Positions 9,451 to 18,526 of a DNA stretch of 64,000 nt are shown in pieces. Every line of letters begins with the position of its first letter. Within the stretch, counting starts at the first letter, position 1. The position numbers and the translations under genes are program-made. The DNA is taken from contig JAYQSP010000007.1 in assembly GCA_038146925.1 (NCBI GenBank), positions 18,980-82,979 of the forward strand. Direction: 5' to 3'. The notes under the pieces were generated by a model. That model worked only from the letters and a program-made list of their open reading frames with translations. It was not told the origin of the DNA and ran no database searches. The DNA comes from Alphaproteobacteria bacterium (GTDB lineage Bacteria; Pseudomonadota; Alphaproteobacteria; MPNO01; UBA830).

Positions 9451-10164
9451 ATGTCCGATCTGGATGCCGCCATCGAGCAACTCGTTACCGCCAACCGCAT
9501 TGTCGCCCACGAAAACGTCTGCGACTCCTACGGCCATGTCAGCATTCGTCATCCCGACAATCCGGATCGATACCTGCTGGCCTTTTCGAAAGCGCCGTCG
9601 CTGATCGAGCCGGAAGACATCGTCACCTTCGAGCTCGACGGCACGCCCGTCGATCTCGGCGACCGGACGCCGTATTCGGAACGCGCCATCCACGGCGCCA
9701 TCTACGAACAGCGTCCGGACGTGATGTCGGTGGTGCACAATCATTCCTACCAGGTGGTGCCGTTTACGGTGTCGTCGGTGCAACTGCAGCCGATCATTCA
9801 CGTCGCCGCCCGGATCGGCGATCCGCCGCCGACCTGGGATATCCGCGACAAGTTCGGCGAAGAGACCATCATGCTGGTCACGACGATGGAACAGGGGCGC
9901 GACATGTGCGAAACGCTGGGCGGCGGCAAGATCGTGCTGATGCGCGGGCATGGCGCGACGATTGCGGGCTACAGCCTGGAAGACGCGGTGCTGACCTCGA
10001 TCTTCCTGCAGGTCAACGCCCAGATTCAGCTGGATGCCATCGGCCTCGGCGGCAGCGTCGAATATCTCAGCCAGGGCGAGATCGACGCACGGCGCGGCGC
10101 CGAGAACGAACAGTCCGGGTTTACCCGCGCATGGGAACATTTCTCACGCCGGGCGGGGCGCTGA
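9451..10164 (+). CDS. class II aldolase/adducin-fold protein
   Basis: HxH...SYGHVS metal-binding pattern of fuculose-1-phosphate aldolase-like proteins; 237 aa. Confidence 0.75.
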   Translation: MSDLDAAIEQLVTANRIVAHENVCDSYGHVSIRHPDNPDRYLLAFSKAPSLIEPEDIVTFELDGTPVDLGDRTPYSERAIHGAIYEQRPDVMSVVHNHSYQVVPFTVSSVQLQPIIHVAARIGDPPPTWDIRDKFGEETIMLVTTMEQGRDMCETLGGGKIVLMRGHGATIAGYSLEDAVLTSIFLQVNAQIQLDAIGLGGSVEYLSQGEIDARRGAENEQSGFTRAWEHFSRRAGR

Positions 10165-11153
10165 TGAACAATCTGAAGCTCAGCATCGCGACGACCGATT
10201 ACGATCATTTTCGCGATTTCCGTACCGGCGATGTCCGGGCAGAAGGGATCGATCACACTTGGTCGATGCTCGGACATCATGAAGTATTCGCACGGTTTAC
10301 CGCCAACCGGGAATGGGACGTGGCGGAACTCAGCTTCGCCAAGTTTTCCGCCCAGATCACCCGCGAGGAGTGCGATATCGTCGGCCTGCCGGTCGTGTGC
10401 TCCCGCCTGTTCCGGTTCTCGTCCTTCTACGTGAACAAAAACGCCGGCATCAAGACCGTCGAGGATCTGAAGGGCAAGCGCATCGGCTCGCCCGAATGGG
10501 CGCATTCCGCCGCCGTCTATATGCGTGGCTGGATGCACAACGAATGCGGCGTGAAGCTGCAGGACGTCCACTGGTATCAGGCGGGCGCCAATTCGGCGGG
10601 CCGGGTAGAGAAGGTCGAAATCAACCTGCCGGACGGCGTGGAACTGACGCGCGTCGCCGACAAATCCCTGTCCGAAATGCTGGCATCGGGCGAGATCGAC
10701 TGCGCCATCATCGCGCGGCCGCCGACCTGTTTCCTCGAGGGCCATCCGGACGTGGAGCGGCTGTATCCCGATCACGTGCCGATGGAAGAGGACTATTACG
10801 CGCGCACCGGCGTCTGGCCGATCATGCATATCATCGCCATGCAGCGGCATATTCTGGACGAAAACCCCTGGGTGGCGCGGAATTTGTTGAACGCTTTCAA
10901 CGAATCCAAGCGGCGCAGCGTCGAACGGATGCTGGATCCCGCGGTATCCCGCTATCCTCTGCCGTTCGTGCCGGCCTATGGGCGGCGGATGCAGGCCATG
11001 TTCGGCGACGATCCGTTCCCGTTCGGGATCGAGGAAAACCGCCCCACCTGGGAACAGATGCTGCTGTACACCTATCAACAGGGCATTGCGCACAAGCACG
11101 TCGCGCCGGAAGATATATTTCCAAAGGGCATTATGACCCATGTGGTCGTCTGA
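10164..11153 (+). CDS. 4,5-dihydroxyphthalate decarboxylase (PhtD)-like protein
   Basis: N-terminal MNNLKLSIATTDYDHFRDFRTGDVRAEGID matches the PhtD family signature; ATGA overlap with the upstream gene. Confidence 0.65.
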   Translation: MNNLKLSIATTDYDHFRDFRTGDVRAEGIDHTWSMLGHHEVFARFTANREWDVAELSFAKFSAQITREECDIVGLPVVCSRLFRFSSFYVNKNAGIKTVEDLKGKRIGSPEWAHSAAVYMRGWMHNECGVKLQDVHWYQAGANSAGRVEKVEINLPDGVELTRVADKSLSEMLASGEIDCAIIARPPTCFLEGHPDVERLYPDHVPMEEDYYARTGVWPIMHIIAMQRHILDENPWVARNLLNAFNESKRRSVERMLDPAVSRYPLPFVPAYGRRMQAMFGDDPFPFGIEENRPTWEQMLLYTYQQGIAHKHVAPEDIFPKGIMTHVVV

Positions 11154-11168
11154 CGAACAGGGAACGCG

Positions 11169-11855
11169 ATGAGCCAGACCGAAGAACACAAGCAACAGAT
11201 CGTCCGGTGCATCCGGATGCTCGAACACAACGGCATCCTGGACTACAACGGCCATGCCAGCATACGGCTCGACGGGGACCGCATGCTGATAAACATCGGA
11301 TCGTGCCAACGCAGCCAGCTGACGGCGGATGACATCTGCACCATCGATTTCGACGGCAACGTGATCGACGGCAACGGCAAGCCGCCGCTGGAATTCCATC
11401 TGCATGCCGGTGTCTACAAGGCGCGGCCCGACGTCCAGGCGGTCATCCATGCGCATCCCAACTGGTCGACCATCCTGTCGACCGCCGGGGTCGAGTACCT
11501 GCCGGTATATGCGCAGGGATCGCTGGTCTATCCGCTGCCGGTGCTGGATTCGCCGGATTCGATCAACAATCCGGAGATGGCGAAACGCCTGACCGACACG
11601 CTGGGCGACCGGCCGGCGGCGCTGATGAAGGCGCATGGCGCGGTGACCTGCGGCGACAGCCTGGTCGATGCATTCGTTCTGATGAACTACCTGGAAGACA
11701 ACGCCGAGCGTCAGTACATGGCCGCGCAGATCGGCACACCGTATGCGTTCAGCCAGGACGAGCTGGACCTTTGCCGCGAGAAACTGTGGAACGCCAACCT
11801 GTTCAAACGCACCTGGGATCATTTCAGCGCCAAGCTGGACGAGGCCGCTTCGTGA
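11169..11855 (+). CDS. class II aldolase/adducin-fold protein (second copy)
   Basis: HAHPNW and NGHASIR motifs; 228 aa. Confidence 0.75.
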   Translation: MSQTEEHKQQIVRCIRMLEHNGILDYNGHASIRLDGDRMLINIGSCQRSQLTADDICTIDFDGNVIDGNGKPPLEFHLHAGVYKARPDVQAVIHAHPNWSTILSTAGVEYLPVYAQGSLVYPLPVLDSPDSINNPEMAKRLTDTLGDRPAALMKAHGAVTCGDSLVDAFVLMNYLEDNAERQYMAAQIGTPYAFSQDELDLCREKLWNANLFKRTWDHFSAKLDEAAS

Positions 11856-11874
11856 CCGATTCCGACCGTTTCCA

Positions 11875-12703
11875 TATGGCCGGAGTCATGGGTTGGCCGG
11901 TGATGCATTCGCGTTCGCCCATGATGCACAACTACTGGATGGAACAGCAGGGCCTTGCCGGCACCTATGTGCCGCTGGCGATCGAACCCGGCAAGATCGG
12001 GCCGGCGCTGCGCGCCATGCATCCACTGGGTTTCGCCGGCTGCAATCTGACCATCCCGCACAAGCAGGATGCGATGGAAATCGTTGACGAGGTCGACGAG
12101 GTCGCGAAGAAGATCGGCGCTATCAGCTGCGTCGTGGTGCGCGACGACGGTTCGTTGTTCGGGACCAATAACGACTGGCTGGGGTTTCTCGGCAACCTGA
12201 AGGAGTTCCGCCCCGACTGGCGGGCCGATGCCGGACCGGTCACGGTCATCGGAGCCGGCGGCGGCAGCCGGGCGGTGTGTTACGCGCTGCTGGACCAGGG
12301 CGTGACCGAAATCCGGCTGGTCAACCGCACCCGGGAACGGGCGGAAAAACTGGCGGAAGAATTCGGCGGGCCGATCGAGGTCCATTCCTGGGAAGAACGC
12401 CACGATGCGCTCGACGGCGTTGCCATGGCGGTCAACGTGACCAGCCAGGGCATGCAGGGCGAAACCGCGCTGGACATCCAGCTTGATGCGCTGCCAGTGG
12501 ACGCAATCGCCGCCGACATCATCTACATCCCGCTGGAAACGCCTTTCCTGGCCGCGGCCCGCGCTCGCGGCAATCCCACGCTTAACGGCGTCGGCATGCT
12601 GCTCCACCAGGGGCCGCCGGCCTGGAAGCGCTGGTTCGGTGTTGAACCGCAGGTGACGCCGGATCTACGGGCGGAAATGGAAAAGAGCATCAGCGGCGGA
12701 TAA
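11875..12703 (+). CDS. shikimate/quinate dehydrogenase (AroE-like)
   Basis: AGVMGWPVMHSRSP N-terminal substrate motif; GAGGGSRAV Rossmann motif; start may be GTG 11852 overlapping the upstream stop. Confidence 0.75.
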
Positions 12704-13418
12704 ACGTCCCGGTGCCCTGCCGTAGCATGTGCCATCCCGTTGCCAGCCTGTTCTGTATCCAGAGCAGATAGGTCAGCATCGCCCAGAGCCCGAGCACCAC
12801 CATCACGTATCCGATTATTTCCACGATGCGGCCGATCCGGTCGGAAACCCGGTCGCGCGCCATGGCCAGGGCTTCGGCGCGCGCTTCAAATTCCCGTGCC
12901 TGCGCGCGAAAGGCATCGGCGAGCGGACTTAACTTGTCCAGTTCGTTTCGCGCACGCTGGACCGAAGCCGAGATTTTCTCGAATTCCGCCCGAGGGCGCG
13001 CGAACGCCCTGCGAAGGCCTGCATTTACGGAACTGCTGATTCCACCCAGCACGTTGACCTTCGGAAAACACGACTTGATGTTCAGTGCTTCCTTGACCTT
13101 GAGGTTCATGTCGCATGCCTTGACGTTGAGAAACGGCACGTCGAAGGCCGGGATATCGATGGAAAAAGAGGTCAGCGGCTTGACGATGGCGTTGGCGCTT
13201 TCCTGAAGATTGACGGCTTCCTGACGGATGATTTCAGCGCTGTTTTCAACCGTCTGCGCGGCTGCTCGCGTTTGTTCGGCGAGATTGCGGGCGTCGGCGA
13301 TGAGCTGCTCGACGGGCGGTTTCAGCTCGGTTTTGACTGCCGTCCAGAGCGCGATGCTGCCCCAACCGATGCCAAGAAGGATCAACAGCGGTAGAAAGCA
13401 GTTTCCCAGAATCACCAT
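12690..13418 (-). CDS. hypothetical membrane protein (N- and C-terminal TM helices flanking a coiled-coil region)
   Basis: 242 aa; hydrophobic segments at both ends; Ala/Glu/Arg-rich central helix. Confidence 0.45.
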   Translation of the reverse strand: MVILGNCFLPLLILLGIGWGSIALWTAVKTELKPPVEQLIADARNLAEQTRAAAQTVENSAEIIRQEAVNLQESANAIVKPLTSFSIDIPAFDVPFLNVKACDMNLKVKEALNIKSCFPKVNVLGGISSSVNAGLRRAFARPRAEFEKISASVQRARNELDKLSPLADAFRAQAREFEARAEALAMARDRVSDRIGRIVEIIGYVMVVLGLWAMLTYLLWIQNRLATGWHMLRQGTGTFIRR

Positions 13419-13619
13419 TCAACTCAGTCGAATCATCGTAATTTCTCCTTCGATACCGTGGTGACATCAGTCGACTTCCGGCATCATCGATGATCTGACG
13501 TCGCGCCGAGATCATATCATCTCGAAAGAGACTCGTTATCGGCTTGATGGGCGATCCAGGCGTAGACGGATATCTGCAGCGCCGTTGTGCGCCGGCGCCT
13601 TGAAGAATGCGCCCCAGGG

Positions 13620-14750
13620 TTACCCCAACGTTGCCGCAATGATCTTTTTGAAATCGTCCCGGGTCGGCTTTTGTGGCGCGGTGGCGTTGAAATGCACGCC
13701 CATCGCCTTGTCGGCGAGGTCGTCCACGTCGGTGTTGTGATAGCCCATCTCGCGGACCGAGGCGGTCAGGCCCAGCCGCGCATTCAGATCGGCGATTGCG
13801 TCGGCGATATCCGCGCCGGGGGGCAAACCCATCGCCTCGCGGATCCGCGACAGCCGGTCGTTCAGGCTGTCATCCGCGTTTTCCGCATAAAACCGCATTA
13901 CCGCGGGTGCCGAAGCGGTGATCAGCGCGCCGTGGTGCAAATCGCTGTCGGCGAAGATATGCCCGAGCGTGTGAATAGGACCGAGCCCCATATAAATCGC
14001 CATACCCCCTTCGACGGCGGCCATCAGTAGATGCCAGCGGGCCTCGCGGTCGCTGCCGTCGGCGGTACCGCGCTCGACGTATTTCACGACCCGTGAAATA
14101 CCGTCCAGCGCGATCGCCTCGGTCGGCGGGTTGACGTTCGACGACAAGAAACCCTCGATACAGTGTCCGAACGCATCCATACCGGTCGCGGCCGTCAGGC
14201 GGGGCGGCAGGGTGAGCGTCAGTTCCGGGTCGCAGATCGCGAGATCGGGCTTCACATGAATGCTGCGGATGCCGAGCTGGTGGGATCCCGGTTCGATATG
14301 GATGCCGCCGCCGAAGGTGATCTCCGCGCCGGTGCCTGCGGTCGTGGGAATCGTGACGTAGGGCGCGACGTCGGCGGTAATTTTCGACGGGTCTTTGAGA
14401 AAATCGATGACCGGCATCGCATGGGTCGCCGCGACGCGGAGTGCCTTGCCCGAATCCAGCACCGAGCCGCCGCCGAGCCCGACGATGCCGTCGCAGTTCC
14501 GTTCCCGGTATACTGCCAGCGCCGTCTCGATACCGGCGATGGTCGGATTGGGCGGGATGCCGTCGAAGACCGCCGGGGCTGCGCCGTCCGGAAATGCCGA
14601 CAGAACCGTTCGGACCACCCCGTGATCCGAAAGGCCTGTGTCGGTGATGATCAGCGGCCGTTCGATGCCGCGGGCGGCAAGTTCGCCGGGCAGGGTCTGT
14701 GCGGCGCCGAAGTCGAAGGTGACGGGCGGGAAGCTGGGAAGGGCGGGCAT
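13620..14750 (-). CDS. iron-containing (group III) alcohol dehydrogenase
   Basis: GGGSVLDSGK dinucleotide motif; Fe-ADH fold; 376 aa. Confidence 0.8.
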   Translation of the reverse strand: MPALPSFPPVTFDFGAAQTLPGELAARGIERPLIITDTGLSDHGVVRTVLSAFPDGAAPAVFDGIPPNPTIAGIETALAVYRERNCDGIVGLGGGSVLDSGKALRVAATHAMPVIDFLKDPSKITADVAPYVTIPTTAGTGAEITFGGGIHIEPGSHQLGIRSIHVKPDLAICDPELTLTLPPRLTAATGMDAFGHCIEGFLSSNVNPPTEAIALDGISRVVKYVERGTADGSDREARWHLLMAAVEGGMAIYMGLGPIHTLGHIFADSDLHHGALITASAPAVMRFYAENADDSLNDRLSRIREAMGLPPGADIADAIADLNARLGLTASVREMGYHNTDVDDLADKAMGVHFNATAPQKPTRDDFKKIIAATLG

Positions 14751-14839
14751 GGGCGGGCTTTCTCAGGAAATATCGTGAGACTGGCCCATGGTAGCTGTCG
14801 GAATTTGACGGGGCAATGTTGCCCGCAGACGGCGTACCG

Positions 14840-15639
14840 TCAGGTTTTGGCGGTGGTCGCCGCGGATTTTTTGCGGCGAGAGATAAGCTTAATCCCGACC
14901 AGACCGACAAGGAGGACCGGCAAGGATGCCGGGGCGGGGATGTCCGCCGTATTTTCCACCGTTTCAAGCACGATGTTGTCGATTGCGCCGGAACTGGTGA
15001 ACACGAATTCGATCCCGTAGACGAATTGCGGGTTCGTCAGCGCGTGTGTGCGGAACGTATTGTCGCCGCCCGTCGACAGCACGCCGTCGACGAGGAAGAC
15101 GTCCGACCCGTTGACCGAATCCGACCATTCGAAGTTCTGATTGGTAAACAGCTTGACGATGATGGATTCAGCCTGCTGATCCGGAATGCCGTCGATGTCG
15201 AAATAATCGAACGACTTGACCTGGTGTACTTTGTCGAAGGAGAGTCGCAGAGCGCCGCCGCCGGCTTCGTCGTCTGCGTAGTTGCAGATCCCGTCGCTGC
15301 AACCCCAGGAATTTTCCTGGACAACCAGCACGTTTCCGAAACCGGTGTGCCCGGTCGTGCCGTCATTGGCGCGCGTGAATTTCGAGGCGTATCGGTTTTC
15401 TTCGAGGTCCGAATCGCGGCCGATGGCTCCTTCGGAATTATAAGCCACAGCATAGTTCGGGCCGCCGCCGGTGTTCAGCGCCGTGATGCCGATACCGGAA
15501 TAGGCCGGATTTGAACTGGTCCCGTCGGATACGATCTCTCCCCGATCGCCGCCTCGAAATCGAGCGTAATCGTTGCCGCATGCGCGCTGAACGCGAACGC
15601 CGCACAGGCGATCAGGGTGGTTGGGATCAGTTTAAACAT
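14840..15639 (-). pseudogene. PEP-CTERM-anchored secreted protein, apparent frameshift
   Basis: Signal peptide MFKLIPTTLIACAAFAFSAHA in one frame (54 codons then stop), while the body continues in a different frame and ends with IPAPASLPVLLVGLVGI...SRRKK (PEP-CTERM-like sorting signal). Confidence 0.5.
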
Positions 15640-15800
15640 ATCTCTACACAGTACTCTTACGACACAACTCGTCCCGTTTCGGAACTTATATAGGCCTTTT
15701 CTATACGGGTTTCACGCAAAAATCCCGCGAAAAATGGCCATTTGGTTAACGCTGCCGGTAGGCCGCAAGGGGGCAGCAGGCCGTGTCTCCGGGGCGAGAT

Positions 15801-16634
15801 CTACGATTGTCCCCCGCTACAGTTGATATTGTCGCCGGTGATGAAGCTGGCATCGTCAGATGCCAGGAATGCGACCGCGGCGGCCTGTTCTTCCGGCGTG
15901 CCCCGGCGCTTTATGGCCTGCTGACTGGTGATGTCCTCAATCATTTCACGGCGAAATTCGTCGGCATTCTCCGGCTCTTTCGCGATTACGCCGGGCCGGA
16001 CGAAATTGCGCTGGGTGACGCGATCCGGAATATCCGTTCCGCCGGGCGAAACGGTATTTACCCGAATGCCGTATTTCCCGTATTCCATCGCCAGAACCTT
16101 GCCGAGCGCCAGAATTCCGCCTTTGCTGGATGCGTAGGGAAGCCGATACAGGCCACGGACCGACTGCGATCCCAAATTCACGATCGACCCCGACTCCTGT
16201 TCCATCATGATGGGCAGGACGGCCCGGCAGCCCCACAAAGTCGGATTCAGCGACCGTTCCAGCTCCATCTCCACTTCTTCCTCGGTGTAGAGGTGGAACG
16301 GCTTCATCCAGATCGTGCCGCCGACATTGTTGACCAGCACGTCGATCCGGCCGAATGCAGAAACGGCCTCGGCCATCAGCTCTTCCGAGCCGGCATAGGT
16401 GCTGAGATCGACGATGACCTTGATGGCCTCGACGCCGTTTTCCAGAAGTTCGTCGGTCGTCCGGGTCGCGGTTTCCTCGATGCGGTCGGCGACGACGATC
16501 TTGCCGCCTTCCTGGCCGAGGCGGCGCGCGGTCGCCCGGCCTATGCCCTGTCCCGCGCCGGTGATGACGCAGACTTTGTCCTTGAATCGGCGCGCGCCCG
16601 CGGCGCGGGGGTCGAGGGTATCGGTCACATGCAT
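15801..16634 (-). CDS. SDR family oxidoreductase (cis-diol dehydrogenase-like)
   Basis: VITGAGQGIGRA cofactor motif; Y-x3-K (YASSK); 277 aa from ATG 16634; 23 bp downstream of the Rieske oxygenase. Confidence 0.75.
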   Translation of the reverse strand: MHVTDTLDPRAAGARRFKDKVCVITGAGQGIGRATARRLGQEGGKIVVADRIEETATRTTDELLENGVEAIKVIVDLSTYAGSEELMAEAVSAFGRIDVLVNNVGGTIWMKPFHLYTEEEVEMELERSLNPTLWGCRAVLPIMMEQESGSIVNLGSQSVRGLYRLPYASSKGGILALGKVLAMEYGKYGIRVNTVSPGGTDIPDRVTQRNFVRPGVIAKEPENADEFRREMIEDITSQQAIKRRGTPEEQAAAVAFLASDDASFITGDNINCSGGQS

Positions 16635-16657
16635 CTCCGTCGGTTCAGGTGGGCGCT

Positions 16658-17941
16658 TCAGATAGATGTATGGGGGACGCCCGGTTTTACCTTCGTCGGT
16701 TCGCCGGGCGCCTCGTTGAAGGCGATATCGCGGTCCAGTTCGAACGATGCCGAGCGCACGGCCTGCGACGCCGCGGTGATGCCGGGCGGATCGATCCCCT
16801 TTTCGAGGTCGAGCGCCGCTTTGCGCAGCCGCCGCCGGGCCAATGCGATGGCCCGGTCGGTCATGACCAGGTTTTCGCGCGCCCGGTCCGCTACCCGCCC
16901 CATGCTTTCCTGAAGCGAGGCGTCCTGCATGGCAATGCCCTTGACGCCGCTGAATGCCGTGCCGGCTTTCTGCGCCTCCCGGTCCATCAGGTAATCGTTG
17001 TCTTTGTTGGCGACGGGGCGGAACGTCCCGGGCTCCTGTTTGACGTGCAGGCTGCCGCCCTCGTGCATGACTTTCAGTTCCAGATCGTTCAGCGGCCGGC
17101 TCGGATGATAGGAAAACGTCCAGGCGAAACAGTTTTCGTCGTCGATCGGCACCCAGGCATGTCCGTGCAGCGGGTTGTCGCCATAGGGCGGCACAATCGT
17201 ATACCAGGGCATGATCCATGGGGTGATGCGCCAGTAATACTTGTCGCCAGGCGCATTGCGGCGCACACCGATATCGAGCCCGCCATCGGAGTCCTCGACC
17301 TCGAATTTCGGGCGGCTGTCCGACAGGTGATAGTCAGACCCCTTTGAGCCGTGATGCAGCGGGTCGCTGCGCAGTTCGCCGCGATGCAGCCAGCCCACAT
17401 GGCTGGAATCGATGCCGCCTTCCAGCGCTTGCAGATAATTGCATTCTTCCAGACGCTTGGTGTGATAGCGCTGGCCTTCCGGCACGGTGGCCCATTCGAA
17501 GGCGGGCGGCTCCGGGCGATGTTCAGGCGGCCCCATATAAGCCCAGACGATGCCGCCGCGTTCGACGCAGGGATAGGCGGTCAGGCCGACTTCCTCGCGG
17601 AAGGTGCTGTCCTCCGGCTCCGACGGGATTTCCAGGCACTTGCCCGTCACGTCGAATTTCCAGCCGTGATAGGGGCAGCGGATGCCGCCGTCCTCGTTGC
17701 GGCCGAACCACAACGACACGCGCCGGTGGGCGCAGAACTCTTCGATCAGCCCGATATCGCCGTTGCTGTCGCGAAATGCGACCAGTTTCTCCGACAACAG
17801 CGTCACGCGCACCGGAGGTCCGTCTTTTTCGGCGACTTCCTCCGACAGCAGGAACGGAATCCAGTAGCGGCGGAAAAGATCGCCTGTCGGTGTGCCGGGT
17901 CCGGTCTGGGTGACGAACCGGTTTCTTTCGTCAGTCAGCAT
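16658..17941 (-). CDS. Rieske aromatic ring-hydroxylating oxygenase alpha subunit (paralog of 2931-4217)
   Basis: CAHRRVSLWF...CPYHGW; DSSHVGWLH; about 60% identical to the first copy by eye. Confidence 0.85.
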   Translation of the reverse strand: MLTDERNRFVTQTGPGTPTGDLFRRYWIPFLLSEEVAEKDGPPVRVTLLSEKLVAFRDSNGDIGLIEEFCAHRRVSLWFGRNEDGGIRCPYHGWKFDVTGKCLEIPSEPEDSTFREEVGLTAYPCVERGGIVWAYMGPPEHRPEPPAFEWATVPEGQRYHTKRLEECNYLQALEGGIDSSHVGWLHRGELRSDPLHHGSKGSDYHLSDSRPKFEVEDSDGGLDIGVRRNAPGDKYYWRITPWIMPWYTIVPPYGDNPLHGHAWVPIDDENCFAWTFSYHPSRPLNDLELKVMHEGGSLHVKQEPGTFRPVANKDNDYLMDREAQKAGTAFSGVKGIAMQDASLQESMGRVADRARENLVMTDRAIALARRRLRKAALDLEKGIDPPGITAASQAVRSASFELDRDIAFNEAPGEPTKVKPGVPHTSI

Positions 17942-17976
17942 GTATTCTACTTTAAACCAACTTGTTCTCTGCTGTT

Positions 17977-18384
17977 TCAGCTATTCGTCGGCACGCGCCA
18001 GGAAGACTCCGCGTGGGCGGGGGACGTCACGTCGATCACCACGCCGTTGGGATCCCGGTATTTACGCTCCGATTCCGGCCCGGCGCCGACATTCAGGATC
18101 TGGCCGTGATACGTGCCGCCCGCGGCCTCCACTGCCTGGCTGGCTGCCGGGACGTCGTCGACCAGAAAGCCCAAATGGTGCATCCCGATATAGTCCGGCC
18201 CGCGTTCGTCGGGCGCGTTGTCGTTCGACCGGAGATGGAGAAGAGCAAGCGACACGACGCCGTCCGACAGCATGATGGCGACGTCCGACTGACGTACCCG
18301 TTCCATGCCGAACGCGTTTTCGTAGAATTTCGCGCTTTCTTCCAAGTCTTTTACGCTCAGCGCCAGGTGTCTCAGCTTTGCCAT
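17977..18384 (-). CDS. VOC/glyoxalase-bleomycin-resistance-fold protein
   Basis: About 135 aa with KLRHLALSVKDLEESAKFY, a typical VOC beta-alpha-beta-beta-beta start; strong RBS GGGAGGAAACCG upstream. Confidence 0.7.
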   Translation of the reverse strand: MAKLRHLALSVKDLEESAKFYENAFGMERVRQSDVAIMLSDGVVSLALLHLRSNDNAPDERGPDYIGMHHLGFLVDDVPAASQAVEAAGGTYHGQILNVGAGPESERKYRDPNGVVIDVTSPAHAESSWRVPTNS

Positions 18385-18526
18385 CGGTTTCCTCCCACTT
18401 TCCACAGGTATCAGTGCCTGAATACTAGGGACTCGTCGCCGGTTTCGGAAGATGCGGGCGCAGAACGGAAAAGGGAGCGGACCTTCGTCCGCTCCCCAAT
18501 TCGTTATCCGGTATCCCGGTGCGAGA

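Noticed and set aside
10026-11822. 598-aa minus-strand ORF
   Set aside because: Antisense to PhtD-like and aldolase genes that have clear family signatures and RBSs
15783-16913. 376-aa plus-strand ORF
   Set aside because: Antisense to the SDR and Rieske oxygenase genes, which have clear motifs on the minus strand
15801-17219. 472-aa version of the SDR gene
   Set aside because: The N-terminal about 195 residues are antisense or overlapping with the Rieske oxygenase gene and low-complexity; the true start is ATG 16634 (MHVTD...), giving a normal 277-aa SDR
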